This document shows positions 25,253-32,000 of a stretch of 32,000 nt of DNA, one piece after another (the first letter of the stretch is position 1; each line of letters begins with the position of its first letter). The notes under the pieces were generated by a model, which made no database searches, had not been told where the DNA came from, and saw only the letters and a list, made by a program, of their open reading frames with translations. This DNA comes from Opitutia bacterium KCR 482 (GTDB lineage: Bacteria; Verrucomicrobiota; Verrucomicrobiia; Opitutales; Intestinicryptomonadaceae). The position numbers were made by a program, and so were the translations under genes. The stretch spans positions 2,220,001 through 2,252,000 of the forward strand of contig CP149973.1 in assembly GCA_029269845.2 (NCBI GenBank), written 5' to 3'.

Positions 25253-26486
25253 GTTTTTGAAATTCTTTGCGCTATTCGCCGCCGCGTTCGCGCCCGCCTT
25301 TGCGGGGCTTGCGGCGGAGTCAAACTGGGCGCGGGGAGAGCTTGAAAAGGCGCGGGCGGCGGACGCGGCGGCCGTCGCTAAAATCGCGGCGGAACGCGCG
25401 GAAATTGCGGCGCGGATTTCAAGGCTCGCGGAGGAGTCGGCGTCGCTCGACGCTTCGCTCGCGGCGGCGAGGGCGGAGGCTTCCGCGCTTGCGACGCTTT
25501 CGGAAAAATCCAAATTCTACGACTCCGTCTGGGCGTCCGTTTTCGAGACCGCAAACCGACGCTTCGGCGCGGTTTCGCCGTCGTTGGAATCTGTGGAGCG
25601 GGCGGTTTCGGAGCGCATGCAGTCGCTCTTCAACCCGCTCGCGCAGACCGATTTTACGGCGGTTCGGGCAAAGACGGGCGAGAAGCTTGTCGGCAAAACT
25701 TTCAGGGTGGGCGGGTTTTCGTACTTTGTGGGAAGCTCGACCGCTGGCTTTTTGGCGGAGTCGGGCGCGTTGTACGGAGAGTCCCGCGCGAAGGAAATTG
25801 CGGACTTCGCCGGGGGGCGCGCCGGCACTCTGCCCGCCGACGTTTCGGGCGGCGCGTTGTTCGACGCCGAATCGAAGTCGCGCACGTTTGCCGAGGACGT
25901 CGCCGTCGGCGGCGTTTTGATGTACCCCATTCTCTTTTTCGGACTCATTTCGCTTGCGGTGTTTTTGTGGAAAACCGCAAGTTTTGCCCGCCTGCGCCGC
26001 GCCCCGAAAAACGCGGTATCCGCCGTGCTTTCGGCGTTGGAAGAAAGGGGCGCGGAAGCCGCCGAAACCGCCGCGCGGCGCATGGGCTATCCCTATGCGG
26101 ACATGCTTTCTGCGATGCTTGAATCGCGCAATTCGCCGGTTTCGCAGTTGGAGGAAATCGCCTACGAGCACATGCTTTCGGTCGGCGGGCGTCTGCACTG
26201 GGGATTGTCGGTGCTGTCGGTTTCGGCGACGGTCGCTCCGCTTTTCGGGCTTTTGGGGACGGTAACAGGCATAATCAAAACTTTCGCCGACCTCTCGGCG
26301 CAGGGGCTTGGCAACGCGCGGCTTCTCGGCGCGGGAATCGGCGAGGCTCTGATAACCACCGAGTACGGGCTGATTGTGGCAATACCCGCGTTCGTCGCCC
26401 ACGCGTTCCTGACGCGCCGCGCGCGCGCGGTTCTTGCCGACATGGAAAAACTTGCGTCGTCGTTTCTGGCGGTGGTAAAAAAATGA
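25242..26486 (+). CDS. Long MotA/TolQ/ExbB-family proton-channel protein with about 220-aa periplasmic coiled-coil N-domain (TtpC-like)
   Basis: 414 aa with a signal peptide. The C-terminal 3-TM MotA_ExbB core has VAPLFGLLGTVTGIIKTF and GIGEALITTEYGLIVAIPA. Confidence 0.85.
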   Translation: MGNRFLKFFALFAAAFAPAFAGLAAESNWARGELEKARAADAAAVAKIAAERAEIAARISRLAEESASLDASLAAARAEASALATLSEKSKFYDSVWASVFETANRRFGAVSPSLESVERAVSERMQSLFNPLAQTDFTAVRAKTGEKLVGKTFRVGGFSYFVGSSTAGFLAESGALYGESRAKEIADFAGGRAGTLPADVSGGALFDAESKSRTFAEDVAVGGVLMYPILFFGLISLAVFLWKTASFARLRRAPKNAVSAVLSALEERGAEAAETAARRMGYPYADMLSAMLESRNSPVSQLEEIAYEHMLSVGGRLHWGLSVLSVSATVAPLFGLLGTVTGIIKTFADLSAQGLGNARLLGAGIGEALITTEYGLIVAIPAFVAHAFLTRRARAVLADMEKLASSFLAVVKK

Positions 26487-27016
26487 CGGAATCTTTTGCG
26501 GAGTTGTTTTGCGGGGTGTTCGCGGCGGGCGGAATTTTGATGTATCCGCTGGCGGCGATTGCCTTGTACGCGTATTTTTGCGCGTTTAAAACGTCCCTGC
26601 GGCTGGGCTGGCTTAACGCGCTTTGCGCCGACGAAAAATCGTTCGCGCGGGAGTTCGTAAAATTCGAATCGGAAAATTCCGCGCCCGACGTAAAATCGGC
26701 GTTCGCGCGGCTGCGGTCGGAACTGCTTTCGGACGAGGAGCGCAGGGTGAAAATGCTGAAATCGCTGGCGGTCGCCGCGCCGCTTGTCGGTCTTTTGGGG
26801 ACTGTCGCGGGAATGACCGAAACCATTGTCTCCTCCGCCTCCGATTCCTCCGCGGGCGTCGCCGAGGGAATTTCGGTTGCGCTCATAACCACTCAGGCGG
26901 GGCTTGTCGTTGCGATTCCCGCGTGGATTGCGGCGGTGTTCGCGCATGCGCAAATGCGGAAGCTTCTGACGACTCTTGCCGCGCGGGAGTCGTCATTCGG
27001 GAGGGAGTCATTGTGA
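26483..27016 (+). CDS. exbB: ExbB/TolQ-type proton-channel protein
   Basis: 177 aa. AAPLVGLLGTVAGM and GISVALITTQAGLVVAIPA. ATGA overlap upstream. Confidence 0.85.
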   Translation: MTESFAELFCGVFAAGGILMYPLAAIALYAYFCAFKTSLRLGWLNALCADEKSFAREFVKFESENSAPDVKSAFARLRSELLSDEERRVKMLKSLAVAAPLVGLLGTVAGMTETIVSSASDSSAGVAEGISVALITTQAGLVVAIPAWIAAVFAHAQMRKLLTTLAARESSFGRESL

Positions 27017-27417
27017 GCCTGCGCAGACCAAATTTTTCGGACGGAGAGGGCGAGGAGTCGATAAACATTTCTCCGCTAATCGACGTCATTTTCATACTGC
27101 TGATTTTCTTTGTGGTGACCACAACGTTTTCGGACGGCGGCGCGGTGAAAATCGACGTGCCGAAGGCGGCGACTGCCGTCCGCCCCGAATCGAAGCCGCT
27201 GACAATCTCGATTGCGGCCGATTCGTCGGTTTCGGTCGGCGGCGTGAAGGTGTCGCGGGCGGAGCTTGAAGCGCGTCTTCGCGCGCACATGCGCTTCGAC
27301 AAAACGGTGGTGTTGCGCGGCGATTCGTCCGCGCCCGTTTCGACTCTCGTGGAAATCATGGACACCGCAAAATTGTGCGGGGCGGAGGAAATCTACGTTT
27401 CGGCGGAGAAAAAATGA
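27013..27417 (+). CDS. exbD: ExbD/TolR-type protein
   Basis: 134 aa from a GTG (GTGA overlap with the exbB stop) after GGGAGGGA. INISPLIDVIFILLIFFVV is the ExbD TM motif. The periplasmic domain has TVVLRGD...VSTLVEIMD. Confidence 0.85.
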   Translation: MSLRRPNFSDGEGEESINISPLIDVIFILLIFFVVTTTFSDGGAVKIDVPKAATAVRPESKPLTISIAADSSVSVGGVKVSRAELEARLRAHMRFDKTVVLRGDSSAPVSTLVEIMDTAKLCGAEEIYVSAEKK

Positions 27418-28088
27418 AGACGGCGTTCCAGTCCAAAAACTACGGCTTTGCCTCCGCGATTTGCGCGGCGGCGGCGACATTGGCGGCGTTTGCGGTGCTT
27501 CCGCTTTCGGTCGCGGTTTCGCGTCGGGACGCCGCGGGGCGGCCGCCCAAGCTTGTGCGCGTGTATTCCGCCGCGCAGCGACAGTCGGACGGCGGCGCGA
27601 AAAACGCGGGGGCTTCGGGACGAGGGGCATCGGCGGTCGTGCCGAATTTTTCTGGCGCAAAGAAGGCTGCGGAATTTACCGTGCCCGCGCTCGACTTTTC
27701 GTCGGTGGGCGTCGCCGTTCCCGATTTCGGCGCGGGCGGAAACCTCGCGTTCGACTCTTTCGTCGGAGGGCTTTCAGATTCCGAAACGAAATTCGACGCC
27801 TTCGAGCTTGACGCGCTCGACAAAATTCCGAGGCGTCTTAATTCCGTCCGCATAGACTACCCCCGCAAGCTGCTCGACCGCGGAATCGAGGGAGAGGTTT
27901 TGCTGAACGTCGTGGTCGATTCCGACGGCAGCGTTGAAGTTGAGTCCGTGGCAAGCTCTACCGACGCGCGGTTCGAAAAAAGCGCGGTTGACGCGGCTTT
28001 GAAATTGCGCTACGAATCGCCCATGAAAAACGGGGAACGCGTGCGCGCGCGCTTCGTTCTGCCGATACCCTTTAAAATAGTGAAATGA
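27414..28088 (+). CDS. tonB: TonB-family energy transducer
   Basis: ATGA overlap with exbD. N-terminal anchor YGFASAICAAAATLAAFAVL. The C-terminal TonB_C has YPRKLLDRGIEGEVLLNVVVDSDGSV...ALKLRYESPMKNGERV. Confidence 0.8.
   Translation: MKTAFQSKNYGFASAICAAAATLAAFAVLPLSVAVSRRDAAGRPPKLVRVYSAAQRQSDGGAKNAGASGRGASAVVPNFSGAKKAAEFTVPALDFSSVGVAVPDFGAGGNLAFDSFVGGLSDSETKFDAFELDALDKIPRRLNSVRIDYPRKLLDRGIEGEVLLNVVVDSDGSVEVESVASSTDARFEKSAVDAALKLRYESPMKNGERVRARFVLPIPFKIVK
27447..27476 (+). repeat. 30-nt perfect direct repeat, copy 1 (in the tonB 5' end)
   Basis: TTTGCCTCCGCGATTTGCGCGGCGGCGGCG is identical to 28115-28144 and encodes FASAICAAAA. Confidence 0.9.
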
Positions 28089-29314
28089 AAATTTTTGGCG
28101 CATATCTTCTGTTTTTTGCCTCCGCGATTTGCGCGGCGGCGGCGGGCGTCGCACCGTTCGGGGCGTCGCCGGCGGTTTCGCGCAGGGAGGCGGAGGCGGT
28201 TCGCGCGGCGGCGGAGGCTTCCGACAATTCGGCGGCTCTCGAAATCCTGCTCGACGCCTCCCGAAAAAATTGGGCTGGGGCTGTCGTGTTCTTCAACTTG
28301 GGCAACGCGCAAATGCGCGGCGGCGACGCGGAATCTGCCGTTGCGTCCTACCGCAGGGCGGCGGAGCTTTCGCCGTCGTTTTTTGCGGCGCGGAAAAACC
28401 TCGGCTTTGCGCTTTCGCAGCTTGGGCGCGATTCCGACGCCCTCGCCGAAATGCGGGACTCTCTTGCGCTGTCGGGCGGTTCCGACACCGCAATTCTGTT
28501 GTGGTTCGCAAAACGCGCCGCCGACGCGCGGGACTTTTCCTCCGCGCTGAATTTCTGCAATCAGGCGCTTCTCTACGACGATTCGAACCGCGCCGCGCTC
28601 TTTGCAAAAGCGGCGTACCTCTACGAGCTTGGGCGTTTCGAAGAGTGCGAGACCGCCGCAAAAAAACTTATGCGCGACGCCGAATTTTCCGCCCGCGCCG
28701 TGCGGCTTGCGGGAAGCGCGAGGGCGCGGCGGGGCGACTTTTGCGGTGCGGCGGCGGCTTTCGGATTTCTCGAAAAGTCGGGCGCGGCGGAGAGGTCGGA
28801 CGCCCTGTTTTTCGCGAACCTGCTTTTCAAAATGCGCCTTTACCGCGACGCCGCGGCGGCGTACGCGCGGCTCGGCGATTCCGCCTCCGCGGGCAACGCG
28901 GCGGAGGCAATGCTTGCGTCGGGCGATTTTTCGGGCGCGGCGGGGCTTGCTGAATCGCTCGGCGGAGACCTTCGCGAAAAGATTTCGGGGCTTGCCAAAT
29001 TCGGCGCGGGCGACTTTGCCGCCGCCCGAAAACACCTCGAAGCCTGCGTTAAAAAATTTCCCGACGACGCCCGCGTACTGTGCGCATTGGGCGGCGCGTG
29101 CGCCGAGCTTGGCGACTGGGGCGCGGCGGACGCTCACTACGCCCGAGCGTCGCTCGATCCGCGCTTCGAATCCGCCGCCCGCTACGGCATGCTGAGGTCG
29201 GCTGTCGCACGCGGAGACTTTGTGGCGGCGCATTCGCTCGCCGCCGCGCTTGCGAAGAAATATCCCGAATTTTCAGAATATGCAAAGTATCTCGAAAAGC
29301 AGATTTCCAGATGA
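28085..29314 (+). CDS. TPR-repeat protein (TtpD-like) with TonB-like N-terminal anchor
   Basis: 409 aa, ATGA overlap with tonB. Multiple TPR-like Ala-rich helical repeats (GNAQMRGGDAESAVASYRRAAELSPSFFAARKNLG etc.). Confidence 0.8.
   Translation: MKIFGAYLLFFASAICAAAAGVAPFGASPAVSRREAEAVRAAAEASDNSAALEILLDASRKNWAGAVVFFNLGNAQMRGGDAESAVASYRRAAELSPSFFAARKNLGFALSQLGRDSDALAEMRDSLALSGGSDTAILLWFAKRAADARDFSSALNFCNQALLYDDSNRAALFAKAAYLYELGRFEECETAAKKLMRDAEFSARAVRLAGSARARRGDFCGAAAAFGFLEKSGAAERSDALFFANLLFKMRLYRDAAAAYARLGDSASAGNAAEAMLASGDFSGAAGLAESLGGDLREKISGLAKFGAGDFAAARKHLEACVKKFPDDARVLCALGGACAELGDWGAADAHYARASLDPRFESAARYGMLRSAVARGDFVAAHSLAAALAKKYPEFSEYAKYLEKQISR
28115..28144 (+). repeat. 30-nt perfect direct repeat, copy 2 (in the TPR gene 5' end)
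   Basis: Identical to 27447-27476. Weaker similarity continues downstream (GCGGTTTCGCG, encoding AVSRR in both). Confidence 0.9.
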
Positions 29315-30116
29315 CGCCTCGGCGTTCCCCATGCTAATGGGCGTCCTCAACGTTTCGCGCGACTCGTTTTCAGACGGCGGGAAATATTTGGACGACTCCG
29401 CCGCCGTCGGGCAGGCGTTGCGCATGGTTTCGGAGGGCGCGGCGATTGTGGACATCGGCGCGGAGTCTACGCGCCCCGACTGCAAGCCGCTTCCCGCCGA
29501 CGAGGAACTGCGGCTGCTGCTCCCCAAGCTCGCGGCGGTGCGGAACGCGCTTCCCGACATCGCGATTTCGGTTGACACCTACAAGCCAGAAGTCGCGCGG
29601 GCGGCTCTCGAAAACGGCGCGGACATCATAAACGACGTCCTTGTGCGGGTAGTCGACGGACGCTGCCCGATGGCGGCGCTTGCCGCGGAGTTCGACTGTC
29701 CGATTGTCGCAACCCACAACTCGCGCGGCGCGGAATTTTCGGGCGATTTCTTCGGCGCGTTCGTGCGCGGAGTAGCCGACATGGTCGCGGCGGTCGAGCG
29801 CGAGGGCGCGGAAAAAATCATAATCGACCCAGGCTTCGGCTTCGGCAAAACGGCGGAGCAGAATTTCGAGATAGCCGCGCGGCTCGGCGAATTGCGAATG
29901 TTCGGGTACAAAATACTTCTGGGCGTTTCGCGGAAGTCGTCGCTGGCGGGGCTTGTAGGCGCGGGCATGGACGCGCGGGACGACGCCACCGCCGCAATCA
30001 CCGCGATTTCCGCCGCGTCCAATTCCGCCGATATTTACAGGGTGCACGACGTGGCAAAAAACGCCGCCGCCCTCAAAACCGCAATGGAGATTTCAAAATG
30101 GACGAAATTAAAATAG
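29280..30116 (+). CDS. folP: Dihydropteroate synthase
   Basis: LMGVLNVSRDSFSDGG, VDIGAESTRP, ISVDTYK and DPGFGFGKT. The start is uncertain (29280 or 29331). 29280 gives a typical 278-aa length and overlaps the TPR gene end. Confidence 0.9.
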   Translation: MQSISKSRFPDDASAFPMLMGVLNVSRDSFSDGGKYLDDSAAVGQALRMVSEGAAIVDIGAESTRPDCKPLPADEELRLLLPKLAAVRNALPDIAISVDTYKPEVARAALENGADIINDVLVRVVDGRCPMAALAAEFDCPIVATHNSRGAEFSGDFFGAFVRGVADMVAAVEREGAEKIIIDPGFGFGKTAEQNFEIAARLGELRMFGYKILLGVSRKSSLAGLVGAGMDARDDATAAITAISAASNSADIYRVHDVAKNAAALKTAMEISKWTKLK

Positions 30117-30472
30117 ACAGAATCAGACTCAAAGGCAAACACGGCTGCTTTGCCGCCGAACGCGACGAATTCAGGGATTTCGAAGTGTCGCTGCGGCTCT
30201 TTCTGCCGCTCGATACCGCCGCGAAAAGCGACGGGCTTGACGACACCGTAGACTATCCCGCGGCGATCGCAATCGCCGAGGGCGTGCTTGCGGGCGAGAG
30301 CGTGCGGCTTGTGGAAAAGCTTGCCGACATGATTGCCGAGCGGCTGTTTACGCGCTTTGCAAACCTTCTCGAAGCGGAGGTCGAGGTCGCGAAATTGGGC
30401 GTGGACATCGGCTACGACTTCGGGGGAATTTCGGTGAAAATCCGCAGAAAGAGGGGCGACTACATAAAATGA
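30098..30472 (+). CDS. folB: Dihydroneopterin aldolase
   Basis: 124 aa. IRLKGKHGCFAAERDEFRDFEVSLRL...DDTVDYPAAIAIAEG...VEKLADMIAERL. Confidence 0.9.
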   Translation: MDEIKIDRIRLKGKHGCFAAERDEFRDFEVSLRLFLPLDTAAKSDGLDDTVDYPAAIAIAEGVLAGESVRLVEKLADMIAERLFTRFANLLEAEVEVAKLGVDIGYDFGGISVKIRRKRGDYIK

Positions 30473-30954
30473 AAAACGCAAAACGCATAGTGCTGGCGTT
30501 GGGTTCGAACGTCGGAAACCGCCGCGAAAACCTCGTGCGCGCGCTCGCGGAAATAGAGAATTTTGCGCGGATACTCTCGCGCTCCAAAATCTACGAGACC
30601 GCGCCAGTGGGCTTTGCCGACCAGCGCGACTTCCTCAACGCTGCGGTTCTCTGCGAGACGCAGTTCGAGCCGCTGGATCTTCTCGAATTCTGCAAGTCGG
30701 CGGAGGCGCGGCTGGGGCGGACAAAGACGTTTCCCAACGGCCCGCGCGAAATCGACATCGACATAATTTTCTACGAGGGACGCGCGTATTCCGACGCCGC
30801 GCTCCAAATTCCGCACCCGCGATGGAGCGAGCGCGACTTCGTGCTTGCTCCGCTTGCCGACATCTTGGACTCTTTCGAGACCGACTTTTGTTGCGACGTC
30901 GCGGGCGTGCTCGGCAGCGCGCCGAAAAAATACCAACCCTTTGCGGAGTTTTAA
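30469..30954 (+). CDS. folK: 2-amino-4-hydroxy-6-hydroxymethyldihydropteridine pyrophosphokinase
   Basis: 161 aa. ALGSNVGNRRENL, FLNAAV, GPREIDIDII, IPHPRWSERDFVLAPL. ATGA overlap with folB. Confidence 0.9.
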   Translation: MKNAKRIVLALGSNVGNRRENLVRALAEIENFARILSRSKIYETAPVGFADQRDFLNAAVLCETQFEPLDLLEFCKSAEARLGRTKTFPNGPREIDIDIIFYEGRAYSDAALQIPHPRWSERDFVLAPLADILDSFETDFCCDVAGVLGSAPKKYQPFAEF

Positions 30955-30957
30955 GGC

Positions 30958-31647
30958 ATGGAAGAGGGCACTCTTTACGTTGTTGCGACGCCGATAGGCA
31001 ATCTGTCGGACATTTCCGAACGCGCTCTCGAAACGCTGCGCTCGTGCGATTTGGTCGCGTGCGAGGACACCCGCATTACGGGCGCGATGCTCAGGAAATT
31101 CGGAATCGAAAAGGAGATGTTCGTAAACGAGGATTCGCGCGAGCGCGGCGTTGCGCCGCTGCTTCTCGAAAGGCTCAAAGCGGGCAAAAACGTGGCTCTT
31201 GTAAGCGACGCGGGGACGCCGTGCATAAGCGACCCCGGTTTCAGAATAGTCCGCGCATGTCGCGCGTGCGGCGTGAAGGTAGTGCCGGTTCCCGGCGCGT
31301 GCGCGTTCGCCTCGGCGTTGAGCGCGTCGGGGCTGCCGAGCGATTCGTTTTTGTTCGTCGGCTTCCTCCCCGCAAAGACGGCGGCGCGGAAAAACTTTTT
31401 CGAAAAATACGCCGACTTCGGGCACACGCTGATATTCTACGAGTCGCCGTACAGGATTGAAAAATTCGTTGACGACGCCCTCGAAGTCTTCGGCGGCGAC
31501 CGCATCGTGTGCGTCGCCAAGGAGATTTCCAAAATGTTCGAACGCTTCTTTGTCGGCAGGCTCGCCGACGTTGCTGCGGAGCTTAAAAAATCGTCCACAA
31601 AGGGCGAATTTGTCGTGATTGTAGCCCCCGACGGATTCACGCTATGA
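30958..31647 (+). CDS. rsmI: 16S rRNA (cytidine1402-2'-O)-methyltransferase RsmI
   Basis: GTLYVVATPIGNLSDISERALETLRSCDLVACEDTR, VSDAGTPCISDPG and FYESPYRI. Confidence 0.9.
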   Translation: MEEGTLYVVATPIGNLSDISERALETLRSCDLVACEDTRITGAMLRKFGIEKEMFVNEDSRERGVAPLLLERLKAGKNVALVSDAGTPCISDPGFRIVRACRACGVKVVPVPGACAFASALSASGLPSDSFLFVGFLPAKTAARKNFFEKYADFGHTLIFYESPYRIEKFVDDALEVFGGDRIVCVAKEISKMFERFFVGRLADVAAELKKSSTKGEFVVIVAPDGFTL

Positions 31648-32000
31648 GCGGCGCGGTACTTGCAATAGACATCGGCTCGAACACGATAAAGTGCCTGCTC
31701 GGGCGCGTCGAAAACTGCGCGGTTGCGCGGCTCTACGAGCGCACCCTCGACAGGCGGATTATGGGAAGCGGCGCTCTTGTGCCGAACGCCGCAGACGTCG
31801 TTTCGGACTCCGTCTCGCTTTTCGTTCGCGAAGCCGCGGCGTTTGCGCCCTCTTTCAAAACAGTCGCCGTCGCGACCTCCGCCCTGCGCGACAGCCCCCG
31901 CAGGGGCGAAATTACCGCCGCCGTAGCCGAAAACACGGGCGTTGAAATCCGCGTGCTTTCGGGCGGCGAGGAGGCGCGGCTGTCGTTTTCCGGCGCGATG
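31644..32000 (+). CDS. Ppx/GppA-family phosphatase, 5' partial (runs off the window)
   Basis: Open frame from the ATG at 31644 (ATGA overlap with rsmI) to the window end. It is not in the ORF track because it has no stop. MSGAVLAIDIGSNTIKCLLG...VAVATSALRDSP...IRVLSGGEEARLSFSG matches the Ppx-GppA N-domain. Confidence 0.8.
   Translation, partial: MSGAVLAIDIGSNTIKCLLGRVENCAVARLYERTLDRRIMGSGALVPNAADVVSDSVSLFVREAAAFAPSFKTVAVATSALRDSPRRGEITAAVAENTGVEIRVLSGGEEARLSFSGAM

Noticed and set aside
1-32000. Looked for CRISPR arrays, rRNA genes, integrases or recombinases, toxin-antitoxin pairs, restriction-modification, retron or DGR reverse transcriptases, and other defence-type gene sets
   Set aside because: No regularly spaced direct repeats and no ORFs with the corresponding motifs were found. 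The only mobile-DNA signal is the decayed ISL3 element. I cannot support the presence of a novel multi-gene defence-like system in this window.

Overview
GC-rich (about 60%), very tightly packed chromosomal segment from a Gram-negative-type bacterium (LpxR, TonB/ExbBD and PilT are present). The phylum cannot be assigned from sequence alone. All family calls are by-eye motif recognition, with no searches run. Left to right:

- **1-2280, lower GC:** a tRNA island with Ala-GGC, Gln-TTG and Leu-CAG on +, and Val-GAC convergent on -. A decayed ISL3-family IS sits exactly between the two tRNA terminators.
- **2284-7111:** an AraC-type regulator with two divergent operons. They encode signal-peptide-bearing flavodoxin-like, alpha/beta-hydrolase and CMD-cupin proteins, plus an aldo-keto reductase.
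- **7150-22081, housekeeping and repair:** ogt, efp, argA, rsmD-pilT, lpxR-like, hlyIII-dCMP deaminase-yqgE, alkA-like, ribE, an EEP nuclease/phosphatase and DUF192-small TM-mnmE. A lower-GC divergent XRE/Xis-like pair interrupts this stretch.
- **22127-32000, one long co-directional array:** M24 peptidase, an HtrA-like 2xPDZ protein without a catalytic triad, a Vibrio TonB2-style module (DUF3450-like, long MotA/ExbB, ExbB, ExbD, TonB, TPR), then folP-folB-folK-rsmI and a partial ppx/gppA.

No CRISPR array, rRNA, integrase or recognisable defence system was seen.

The most unusual signals are:
1. Two related hairpin-rich mini-insertions (82 and 109 nt, opposite orientation, shared 15-mer, C-GAA-G mini-hairpins) that break the ISL3 transposase.
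2. The dead-protease/TonB2-type operon.
3. A perfect 30-nt repeat giving TonB and the adjacent TPR protein the same N-terminal anchor.
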